Source: an uncultured Candidatus Saccharibacteria bacterium
GTDB taxonomy: Bacteria > Patescibacteriota > Saccharimonadia > Saccharimonadales > JAGQNJ01
Assembly (NCBI GenBank): GCA_965231045.1
Contig: OZ246406.1
Coordinates: 450,208 to 514,207, forward strand
Length of the DNA stretch: 64,000 bases
Direction: 5' to 3'
In this document: positions 46,053-54,307 of the stretch, in pieces
How the letters are laid out: every line of letters starts with the position of its first letter
Position numbering within the stretch: the first letter of the stretch is position 1
Notes under the pieces: model-generated
Database searches by the model: none
Told to the model about the DNA's origin: nothing
Seen by the model: only the letters and a program-made list of their open reading frames with translations
Translations under genes and position numbers: made by a program

Positions 46053-46421
46053 ATGGGTGCTAGGATCGCAATACTTGAAGATGATCAGCCCATACGCGAG
46101 ATGTATGAGCTCAAACTGAAGAGTGCCGGATACACTGTTAAAGCAGCCGGTGACGGCGTTCAAGGCCTAACGCTTTTGGAAAAATTCAGGCCTGACTTAA
46201 TACTTCTCGACCTTATGATGCCAGAAATGAACGGTGATGAAGTCGCCGAAAAGGTTCGCTCAACTAAGTGGGGAGCAAAAACAAAAATTATTGTTCTGAC
46301 TAATATTAGTTTGGATGAAGCGCCTGAAAAGTTACAAAAACTTGGAATACTAGATTATGTTGTCAAAGCCAATCACACACCTTCCCAGGTTATCGAAATA
46401 GTTCAAAACGCATTACATTAA
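46053..46421 (+). CDS. stand-alone response-regulator receiver protein, copy 2
   Basis: 122 aa. EDD, ILLDLMMPEMNG, VLTN, VKA. Confidence 0.85.
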   Translation: MGARIAILEDDQPIREMYELKLKSAGYTVKAAGDGVQGLTLLEKFRPDLILLDLMMPEMNGDEVAEKVRSTKWGAKTKIIVLTNISLDEAPEKLQKLGILDYVVKANHTPSQVIEIVQNALH

Positions 46422-46432
46422 AAAATGTAAGA

Positions 46433-47416
46433 TTACCTAATTCTTCTTTTAACCCCATAGTAGCGCCTACTCTTCACATAAGATTCTTCCGGTCGGACAG
46501 TATACTTTTTAAATGCATTTTTTGGCCTTAAAGAAAGTAGGTGAGCTCGATATTTTGGGTCACCTATATGTATAACCATATTTACGAATTTCGCGTTTTC
46601 TTTAGTAAATAATTCTGCCATCTTGTAGCATGCAAAGCTATGTGATCCAGGCACATCGAATGTAAATCCAGAGTACTTTATTACCTTATAGTTGCTATTT
46701 AGAGGTGATTCATATAATGAAAAGCTATTGATTTCATCATCTATATAAAGCGAAACAACTTCTGTGCCAAGTTTGGTTGCATTGTTAATTGAATACAGGA
46801 ATGCATTCTCTGCGTGACTTGGAAGACAATTAACTTCAGCTTTTTCTTTCCAGTCAAAATAACAGTTAATTATTAACTCTCGGTTTTCTGGCTTACTGAG
46901 ATCTATCTTTTTTAGGTCAACCCTTTTCCCTTTTGTGGCTCGTAAAAAGCTTCCGACTTTGATTCGTAGAAATATTGGCATTGACTTAATTTCTGCCGTT
47001 TCTTCGACCAACAATAAGGATTCTACGTAGTCAGGCTCATCCTCACAGCCAAACATCTCGGGGTACCTAATGTGTCCTAGTACAAAATCTGGTACGTGAA
47101 CTAGCTTACTTTCCTGGTCTTGAGCTTTTTGGTAATCAAAAATTTCGCAAATTGATTCGTCAATTTTATTAGTGCCCACCAGTGAAAGTCCTGAGTTTTC
47201 GTCATCTCCGGGCAGCCAATATGATATGACCAAGTTCCCGTGAATTTGTGAAACCTTACAATTACCAAGTGAGCTCCACCAACTCATTAAACTCGAAAAA
47301 GAGATTTCCGAGATTGGTGGATAATCTCGAATTAAGGCATTGTAAGCATCTCTATCAGACAACTTTAATTCATAAAACTCTGGAAATTCTGGGAGAACGA
47401 GTGGCTTTATCTTCAT
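46433..47416 (-). CDS. soluble DUF2156-like protein, paralog 2
   Basis: 327 aa. DYPPISEISFSSLMSWWSSLG...LSLVGTNKIDESI, collinear with paralog 1. Confidence 0.55.
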   Translation of the reverse strand: MKIKPLVLPEFPEFYELKLSDRDAYNALIRDYPPISEISFSSLMSWWSSLGNCKVSQIHGNLVISYWLPGDDENSGLSLVGTNKIDESICEIFDYQKAQDQESKLVHVPDFVLGHIRYPEMFGCEDEPDYVESLLLVEETAEIKSMPIFLRIKVGSFLRATKGKRVDLKKIDLSKPENRELIINCYFDWKEKAEVNCLPSHAENAFLYSINNATKLGTEVVSLYIDDEINSFSLYESPLNSNYKVIKYSGFTFDVPGSHSFACYKMAELFTKENAKFVNMVIHIGDPKYRAHLLSLRPKNAFKKYTVRPEESYVKSRRYYGVKRRIR

Positions 47417-47521
47417 ACAACACCTTTCGTTAGCCTTAAAATAGCACTAATAACTACAGGGGTCAACAGATATCAGTAAAATGTTATTGAGTTAGTATCA
47501 ACAATGCCGTAGGATTAATAT

Positions 47522-47893
47522 ATGTCGGCCAAGATCGCAATCATAGAAGACGATCAAGCTATTTCTCAGATGTACCGCATCAAATTTGAGGCGGAAGGTT
47601 TTGTTGTCGAGACTGCCGAAAACGGCAAACTTGGATTAGAACTTGCCGAAAATATGAAGCCAGATATTATTCTGCTGGACCTTATGATGCCAGAAATGAA
47701 CGGCGATGAAATGCTGTCCAAACTCCGCAAAACCCCGTTTGGCAAAAATACAAAAGTAGTCATCCTTACCAACATGGGCGAGCAAGAAGTCCCAGAAGAA
47801 GTTAAGAAACTTGGTGTTGTGGCAATTATTCTTAAGGCTGATATGACACCGCGCCAGGTAGCTGAACTTGTTAAGAAACAACTCAACAAATAG
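47522..47893 (+). CDS. stand-alone response-regulator receiver protein, copy 3
   Basis: 123 aa. EDD, ILLDLMMPEMNG, ILTN, LKA. Confidence 0.85.
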   Translation: MSAKIAIIEDDQAISQMYRIKFEAEGFVVETAENGKLGLELAENMKPDIILLDLMMPEMNGDEMLSKLRKTPFGKNTKVVILTNMGEQEVPEEVKKLGVVAIILKADMTPRQVAELVKKQLNK

Positions 47894-47911
47894 AACTGTT
47901 ACAATATTCAT

Positions 47912-49267
47912 ATGCGAATAGCGATTTTAGGATATGGGGATCAAGGACGTAGTGCCTTTGAGTACTGGAACAAGTCAGAAAATCAGATTACAATCTGCGA
48001 TCAAATTTTGCCAGATGATTTACCTGAAGGCGTTGATACCAAGTCTGATGGTGATTATTTAAGTAACTTGCATGAGTTTGACATGCTAGTTCGTACTCCA
48101 GGTCTTCACCCAACGGAAATCTTAAAAGCCAACGAATTGCACCCAGAAGTAATGGAAAAAGTAACAACCGTTACCAACGAGTTTTTTCGTGTTTGTCCGG
48201 CTCCAATCATTGGTATAACCGGAACAAAAGGCAAAGGAACAACCTCGAGTCTAATCGCTGCTTTTTTGCAGCAAGCGGGTAGACGCGTTCATCTAGGCGG
48301 CAATATTGGCATACCACCTCTTGACCTACTAAAGAATAACATCCAGCCGGATGATCTCGTTGTACTCGAACTAGCCAATTTTCAGCTTATTGATCTAAAG
48401 TATTCACCGCACATTGCCGTATGTCTTATGATTACGCCAGAACACCTCAACTGGCATCCTGATATGTTTGAGTACGTAAATGCCAAAAAGCAAATGTTTA
48501 TTCATCAACAAGTACATGATCTTGCAGTCTATAACAGTGCTAATCTTTACTCGCAAGAAATCGCTGATAGCTCGCCAGGCTATAAGTTAACTTATGAAGT
48601 CCCCTTGCCTGATCAGGACCCAACAGATGAAGATGGATTTTACGTCAAGGATGACCATATATTTGTAGCTGGTGAAAAAATTTGCAGCACTCATGATATC
48701 CTCCTACCCGGACGTCATAATTTAGAGAATATTTGTGCGGCACTTGCTGCAGTCTGGGAACTTATTCGCGAAGACAAACACATTGTCAAAGAGGTATTAA
48801 AGACATTTGCTGGCTTGCCACACCGTTTGCAGACAGTACTTAACTATGGCGGCGTACAAATCATTGATGATTCATTTGGCACAACTCCTGAAACCGCAAT
48901 CGTGGCTATCGATGCCTTTAAACAACCAAAAATTATGATTGTTGGTGGTTCGGATAAGGGATCATCATATGAAGAGATGGCTCAAAAAATTGTAAAAAGT
49001 AATGTTAAGTACCTGGTAGCCATTGGTGAAACTGGTCCAAAGATTGTCGATCTAGTTAAAAAATACTCGAATTACCGCAACGTCCCTTTCATTGTGCTTG
49101 ATGAAACTGTGAAAATGCCCGAGATCTTAGCTGTTGCACTTCAGCAGGCAAAAAAGGGTGACATGGTAATGTTATCAACCGGTAGCGCCAGCTTTGGAAT
49201 GTTTGCAAACTACAAAGATCGTGGCGAGCAATTTCAAGCCGCAGTTAAAGCCTTACCGACTGCCTAA
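47912..49267 (+). CDS. murD: UDP-N-acetylmuramoylalanine--D-glutamate ligase
   Basis: GITGTKGKGTT P-loop and Mur-ligase middle/C-terminal domains (GLPHRLQ). Confidence 0.85.
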   Translation: MRIAILGYGDQGRSAFEYWNKSENQITICDQILPDDLPEGVDTKSDGDYLSNLHEFDMLVRTPGLHPTEILKANELHPEVMEKVTTVTNEFFRVCPAPIIGITGTKGKGTTSSLIAAFLQQAGRRVHLGGNIGIPPLDLLKNNIQPDDLVVLELANFQLIDLKYSPHIAVCLMITPEHLNWHPDMFEYVNAKKQMFIHQQVHDLAVYNSANLYSQEIADSSPGYKLTYEVPLPDQDPTDEDGFYVKDDHIFVAGEKICSTHDILLPGRHNLENICAALAAVWELIREDKHIVKEVLKTFAGLPHRLQTVLNYGGVQIIDDSFGTTPETAIVAIDAFKQPKIMIVGGSDKGSSYEEMAQKIVKSNVKYLVAIGETGPKIVDLVKKYSNYRNVPFIVLDETVKMPEILAVALQQAKKGDMVMLSTGSASFGMFANYKDRGEQFQAAVKALPTA

Positions 49268-49915
49268 AATCCGTTTCAATTGTTCAATAACCGGCTTTTC
49301 TGGCTGTAAAATTTCAGCTCGGCCAGCTGCTTCATCGTGAATCAAATCCTCGATCCAGTGATAATGTGTACAGCCAAGAACGATAACGTCAGCCCCTTGA
49401 TTGCAGGCTTCATCAGTAATTTTACGGATGTGATCCTTGTCGATATTATTGGTCTCAATCATATGTGACCAGTCGCTGCAGTCAGGTTCTAGGACTTTTA
49501 CTCCCTTAGCAAATTCATCCTTAAGCTGAGCGTAACGCTTACTAGCTAAGGTTGTTGGAGTAGCACAGACCGCAATGACCTTTGATTTTGTAGCCGCTGC
49601 TGCCGGCTTAACCATTGGCTCCATGGCAATAAGAGGAACTTTAATTTCATCTCTCAAGTCTGAAATAATCGTTGTACTTACTGTATTACAGGCAATAACA
49701 ATTACATCTACACCCAGTTCAACTAATGATTCAAGAATTGGTACAACATATTCAAGCAATTCCTGAGGCTGCTTATTGGCGTAAGGGAAGTGGTCCGGAT
49801 CATTGGTAAACAAAACTTCATCATCTGGCAAAGCCTCTTGGATTGCTTGAGCTACTGATAGTCCGCCGATCCCAGAATCAAAAACACCAATTTTACTCAC
49901 TTTTTTTCTCCGCAA
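49253..49915 (-). CDS. murI: glutamate racemase
   Basis: GVFDSGIGGLSV, IACNT and GCTHY motifs. Confidence 0.88.
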   Translation of the reverse strand: MRRKKVSKIGVFDSGIGGLSVAQAIQEALPDDEVLFTNDPDHFPYANKQPQELLEYVVPILESLVELGVDVIVIACNTVSTTIISDLRDEIKVPLIAMEPMVKPAAAATKSKVIAVCATPTTLASKRYAQLKDEFAKGVKVLEPDCSDWSHMIETNNIDKDHIRKITDEACNQGADVIVLGCTHYHWIEDLIHDEAAGRAEILQPEKPVIEQLKRILGSR

Positions 49916-50714
49916 ACTTTTGTGCTGAGCGAATCACGTTTTCGAATAAGCCACAGACCGTTAGTGGGCCTACCCCACCCTTCTCGGGCGTAATAGTAAC
50001 GTCTGGTAGCTCGCGAACATCTTTGGCAATATCACCAACTAAGCCGTTCTTATCGGTTGCCACACCGGCATCAACCACAATCACATCAGGTTTTACCATT
50101 GAGGCATCGATTAGACCCGGCACACCAGTGGCGGCCACTAGGACATCAGCTTTTCTGGTTACATCAGATAGATTTGGAACTTTTTTGTCGGCAACCTCAA
50201 CATCAAAGCCAGAAGCCTTCCAAACTTTAGCCAGTGGGCGTCCTACCAGACGACCATGCCCGACAATCACAATATGTTTGTGTGCTAGGTCAACATTATA
50301 GCCAGCCAGCAACCAATCAATTGCTAGGGGTGTTGCTGGTTCAAATTCTGTTTTTTGGCCCAACCCATCTACATCTTTGTTAGGTGCTACTGCATTTAGA
50401 ATTTCATCAGTTTGCGTTGGATCAGGCAATGGTATCTGGACAATTATCCCATGCACACTGTTATCATCGTTTAGATCACTTATGCGTTTTAAGGCTTCTC
50501 TCTGATCAATAGTGTGCACATCGACATCAATTAAAATATCAGACCCATAATTTTGCTTGAGCTTCATATAGCTATCGACAACAGGATCTGGATTGGTTCG
50601 AATAATCGCAAGTTTAGGCTGTATATTATGGGCCTGCCGCAGTGTACGCACTTGTTTTGCTTGTCGTTCTTTGATAAAACCAGCAAGCTCTGAACCGTTT
50701 AATAACTTCTTCAT
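49893..50714 (-). CDS. folD: bifunctional methylenetetrahydrofolate dehydrogenase/cyclohydrolase
   Basis: 273 aa. YMKLKQ..., HGIIVQIPLP, VIVGHGRLVGRPLA, and GGVGPLT motifs. Confidence 0.88.
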   Translation of the reverse strand: MKKLLNGSELAGFIKERQAKQVRTLRQAHNIQPKLAIIRTNPDPVVDSYMKLKQNYGSDILIDVDVHTIDQREALKRISDLNDDNSVHGIIVQIPLPDPTQTDEILNAVAPNKDVDGLGQKTEFEPATPLAIDWLLAGYNVDLAHKHIVIVGHGRLVGRPLAKVWKASGFDVEVADKKVPNLSDVTRKADVLVAATGVPGLIDASMVKPDVIVVDAGVATDKNGLVGDIAKDVRELPDVTITPEKGGVGPLTVCGLFENVIRSAQKFAEKKSE

Positions 50715-50734
50715 TTCAAGCGCTTATTGTACCA

Positions 50735-50766
50735 CGAAAAACGAAAGAGCACCCCTGGGGGTGCTC
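50735..50766 (-). terminator. intrinsic terminator
   Basis: GAGCACCC-CTGG-GGGTGCTC, followed on the minus strand by TTTCGTTTTT. Confidence 0.7.
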
Positions 50767-50786
50767 AATCTTAATAGACGAACAAA

Positions 50787-51317
50787 TTATTTTGTTGCGG
50801 CTGGAGCTGATGGTGCAGCTGGAGCAGCTGGCTTTGAGCCACCTGAACCTGCGGCTGCAGGGCCACCATATTTTGCATCACCAAAGGCTAGCATTGGGAA
50901 GCCAACGATTGGCAATAGAATTAGCAATACTGCAAATCCAGTGGTCTTAGCAAATGATTTTGCAAGATCAACGTAAAGAATACAGATTACTACAAATCCG
51001 GCAAGACTACCGATGTATGGAATAACACCAAGTAATGGTGCTAGTCCCCACCAACCTGGGCGGCCAACAATTTCTGCCAATGTCCATGTGTTATAGAAAG
51101 GAATAATTGATTTCCATCCTGCTTCACCAGCTTTTGTGAAAATCTTCCACATACTGATGATCATAATTACTGAAACTACAAGGACAATTAACCAAATGAT
51201 TAGCAAAAACGCACCCAATCCTGCGGTTGATGCACCATTAGTTGTTGTCGTTGTGTACGTATAGTCGTAACTAGCTTGACCTAAGTTACCTGCAAGGCTT
51301 ACAAGAGCACCTAGCAT
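50787..51317 (-). CDS. DUF5684-like membrane protein
   Basis: KIFTKAGEAGWKSIIPFYNTWTLAEIVGRPGWWGL signature with multiple TM segments. Confidence 0.6.
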   Translation of the reverse strand: MLGALVSLAGNLGQASYDYTYTTTTTNGASTAGLGAFLLIIWLIVLVVSVIMIISMWKIFTKAGEAGWKSIIPFYNTWTLAEIVGRPGWWGLAPLLGVIPYIGSLAGFVVICILYVDLAKSFAKTTGFAVLLILLPIVGFPMLAFGDAKYGGPAAAGSGGSKPAAPAAPSAPAATK

Positions 51318-51445
51318 ACTTACCCTCCTTATTATTTATGAAGATAATTATAGCTTATTCGCGGTAAAACGAATAGTTTTTGTGAAAATATATGCATTAG
51401 GGGTATTACGTGCTACGATTTATCTAAATTTAACAGGAGTTTCTC

Positions 51446-52441
51446 ATGGAACCTTCGCCAAACGAACCAGAATCACTAGCACCAAAACCAGAGCACTCTG
51501 GGCATCATGCAGGGCATCATCACGAGCATCATCACGAGCAAGCTGCCCACGTGTCACACCCTACTCAAAGTACTTCACCGGCTGAATCACAGGAATATCA
51601 ATCAAATCCATTCCTCGTTTCAGTTACGGGGCTTGTTAGGATGCTTACGGTTAATCCTATACCATCCCTACTCCTAATCTTACTTCTTTCCGTTATGGCC
51701 GTTGGGGCGTTTATGTTTAGTTTCTTCTTTTTGCTAATTCCAATTTTGGGTGTCTTTGCATTTCTTGGTGTACTATTGCTAATTATGCCAGTTTTTTATG
51801 GTTCGCTTGCTTCACTAGGCGTGAGCAGTATTCGCCATGAGACACGCAGTACAACAGATTACATTGGTGACTCTTTCAAGAAGATTTGGACATTGCTTGG
51901 AGCATCAGTATTAATTGGCCTAGCAGTATTTGGCGGTCTACTTCTGTTTATAGTACCCGGAATCATATTTGGTCTGTGGTTTTGCTTTACATATTTCGTA
52001 ATCATGGACGAAAATCTTGGAGCCGTTGCTGCCATGAAAAGAAGTAAAGAATTAGCCAAGGGTCATTTAATTGAGATTCTTGGAGCATTATTTGCTGGCG
52101 GCATTATGGGCGGCGCCAGTTTTGGAAGTGGTGGCGGTCTATTGACTCCAATAATTTCAATGAGCCCACTAGTTGGAAGATATGAACAAATCAAAGCCCT
52201 CAAGTCAGGAAATCAGCCAAAACCAGAAGTCCATTGGGCAAACTATATATTAGTCGTTTTCTGCTCGATATTTGTTGCGATGTTTATTATTGTTTACGGC
52301 ATCATGATTGCTGCAGGGGTATATGACAGCAACAGTAACTACAACCGAAACAGATATAATCGGCCAACCTACCAACAAAACAACAACTTTGATAACTTTT
52401 TTAACGACAACGACTCAGGCCCTAGATTCCAGACCAATTAG
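51446..52441 (+). CDS. polytopic membrane protein with His-rich N-terminus and Asn-rich C-terminus
   Basis: EHSGHHAGHHHEHHHEQAAH, then about 6 TM segments, then a low-complexity N/Y/Q tail. Confidence 0.6.
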   Translation: MEPSPNEPESLAPKPEHSGHHAGHHHEHHHEQAAHVSHPTQSTSPAESQEYQSNPFLVSVTGLVRMLTVNPIPSLLLILLLSVMAVGAFMFSFFFLLIPILGVFAFLGVLLLIMPVFYGSLASLGVSSIRHETRSTTDYIGDSFKKIWTLLGASVLIGLAVFGGLLLFIVPGIIFGLWFCFTYFVIMDENLGAVAAMKRSKELAKGHLIEILGALFAGGIMGGASFGSGGGLLTPIISMSPLVGRYEQIKALKSGNQPKPEVHWANYILVVFCSIFVAMFIIVYGIMIAAGVYDSNSNYNRNRYNRPTYQQNNNFDNFFNDNDSGPRFQTN

Positions 52442-52606
52442 ATAACAGATTTACAAGTATTTTTTAATCTGTTAAAATTGCCTTCTGTTAGCTTGCTAAC
52501 AAAGCATTATCCCTAATTTTTCGAACCAAGGAGTGGCTTTGCCTCTCGACTGTTTGAAAAATTAAGAGGAAGAGGGAGTGCTATAAGGTGAAGCTCTGCG
52601 AGTTTA

Positions 52607-52642
52607 CTCGTCAGAGCAAGCCCAAAGCCTCACTCTGACGAG
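52607..52642 (+). other. perfect 10-bp hairpin abutting the tRNA-Lys 5' end
   Basis: CTCGTCAGAG (52607-52616) / CTCTGACGAG (52633-52642). The last G is tRNA nt 1. The upstream GCGAGTTTACT 52598-52608 matches rc of copy A 4794-4803. Confidence 0.5.
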
Positions 52643-52718
52643 GGCCACTAGCTCAGCTGGTTAGAGCATCGGCCTCTTAAGCCGAGTGTCCTGGGTTCGA
52701 GTCCCAGGTGGCCCTCCA
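52642..52718 (+). tRNA. tRNA-Lys (anticodon CUU), CCA encoded
   Basis: GGGCCACTAGCTCAGCTGGTTAGAGCATCGGCCTCTTAAGCCGAGTGTCCTGGGTTCGAGTCCCAGGTGGCCCTCCA. Anticodon loop CUCUUAA. Confidence 0.9.
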
Positions 52719-52731
52719 ATACATTGTCAAT

Positions 52732-52758
52732 AATGCCATAACATGGCATTATTTTATT
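52732..52758 (+). terminator. intrinsic terminator 14 nt after tRNA-Lys
   Basis: AATGCCAT-AAC-ATGGCATT followed by ATTTTATT. Confidence 0.6.
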
Positions 52759-52869
52759 ATTGTGACTACCTTTAGTGCAGAGAATGGAAATAATTGGCAC
52801 ATTGAACGAGCAGAAATAGACCCATATTTTGCAGCTGAGACATGTAGAGAGATTGGCCAATTAGCATCT

Positions 52870-53328
52870 ATGGAGCTAGAACTTCCTGATGGGGTAATCT
52901 CCTCAAGGTTACTAGTAGATGGTCGAAGGCTATCTGGATTTCAGTGCTGTGTTGAGCCAGCGCTTGATACAGACCGTGACGGTCTTTTAAATTATCCGGA
53001 GTTTGCCGCGAGAGTACCAAATTTACTTAAGCTCTTTCATCTACGGCGTAAGACTGTCGGGAGTACAGTGCCGGGTTTTGGGATTAACATACTTGGTTCA
53101 CACGGATTTATCCAGACACACAGAGACGCCTATCTGTCCCCATCAAGTGCTACGGTCTTAGAAGGTGAGTCCACAACTACTATTACCGATCCGATAACTG
53201 GCATAGAACGTATATTTACACTAGCTGTTGGCGACTCCTTTACTCTGCAAAATACCGCAGGTAGTCCACCCCCTTTACACGGAGCGCGTAACTTAAAATC
53301 TAAACGACGAATTACATTTGTTATTTAA
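52870..53328 (+). CDS. 2OG-Fe(II) oxygenase-like protein (start uncertain: ATG 52870 or GTG 52762)
   Basis: HxD (QTHRDA) ... GD ... H (PLHGA) ... RRITF pattern. The track's ATG at 52708 overlaps the tRNA and is rejected. Confidence 0.5.
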   Translation: MELELPDGVISSRLLVDGRRLSGFQCCVEPALDTDRDGLLNYPEFAARVPNLLKLFHLRRKTVGSTVPGFGINILGSHGFIQTHRDAYLSPSSATVLEGESTTTITDPITGIERIFTLAVGDSFTLQNTAGSPPPLHGARNLKSKRRITFVI

Positions 53329-53459
53329 CGAGAAGCCTTTAGGTCCGCGAGGTAGACCCCTCCATCACGATATTCCATTCCAAGGTCAATGAGACGATGA
53401 TATAAGATTGTCAAATCCTCGATAATATTGAATTCGGGGTGTTCCAAAAAAATACCTCC

Positions 53460-53470
53460 TGGCCCTCCAA
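53460..53470 (+). repeat. 11-nt exact duplicate of the tRNA-Lys 3' end (TGGCCCTCCAA)
   Basis: 53460-53470 is identical to 52709-52719 (acceptor 3' strand + discriminator + CCA + A), with partial similarity further 5'. Confidence 0.6.
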
Positions 53471-53515
53471 AATGGTTAAAAGAGGCGGGGAGCGTCTTTT
53501 TGTTATGATAGAGGT

Positions 53516-54271
53516 ATGAAAGAACTTACAGTTGCGTCGTGGAACATTGGTGGTGGGTATAAGATTGCCAGTACCAAGCAGTTTGACTATCAAGAAAAAG
53601 AAGATGTCGCGTATATTATCAGCGAGATAAAGAAGGTCAAGCCAGACATCGTATGTCTGCAAGAGTCCCATGTAAACGATGAGGATTCATTGTCCCGTCG
53701 TATTCAAGCAGGGATCGGATTTGATCATATATTTGAGGTAGCGAGTCATGAATCTCATATTGATACACGCTATAAGAATGCCACAGTGATTTTATCGAAG
53801 TCTAACATTACTAGGCAAAATAAGGTGCCGATCCCTTACCCCGAGTTTGAATTGAGATTTGCTGATGGTAGGTATTCAGCGTTTCATCAAAGGTACTTGC
53901 AAACTTCAGAAATTGAGAATTGCATGATCGCCAATACTCATGGTAACAATATCAACATGTTTGGCTATGATTATGAGCAAGGCAAAGGGAAAGATCTAGC
54001 AGGAAAGATAGAGGAAGTCTACATAGACAATCTTGAGCGACCTCTAATTTTTGTGGGTGATTTTAACTGTGATAATGCACAGAAAGTATTTTCTAAACTG
54101 GTAAGTACATTGAAACTCTCAAATGCGATCCCGGCTGGCGCAACAAGACCGGACGGGAGACATACAGATTACATATTTTGTAGCCCGGAGCTTAGAATAG
54201 TTGAGTCGCAAGTAGTAAAGACCCAGACTGACCACTATCTATGCTGGACAAAGTTTCGTTTACCAAAATAG
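53516..54271 (+). CDS. endonuclease/exonuclease/phosphatase (EEP) family protein
   Basis: SWNIGGG..., PDIVCLQE, and C-terminal TDHYL motifs. Confidence 0.75.
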   Translation: MKELTVASWNIGGGYKIASTKQFDYQEKEDVAYIISEIKKVKPDIVCLQESHVNDEDSLSRRIQAGIGFDHIFEVASHESHIDTRYKNATVILSKSNITRQNKVPIPYPEFELRFADGRYSAFHQRYLQTSEIENCMIANTHGNNINMFGYDYEQGKGKDLAGKIEEVYIDNLERPLIFVGDFNCDNAQKVFSKLVSTLKLSNAIPAGATRPDGRHTDYIFCSPELRIVESQVVKTQTDHYLCWTKFRLPK

Positions 54272-54307
54272 ACCAACGGCCCCTACGGTGATCCCAACTA
54301 AGAACTC

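Noticed and set aside
52708-52869. ATG 52708 as the start of the oxygenase-like gene
   Set aside because: That start overlaps the last 11 nt of tRNA-Lys and spans its terminator hairpin. A downstream start (GTG 52762 or ATG 52870) is more plausible.
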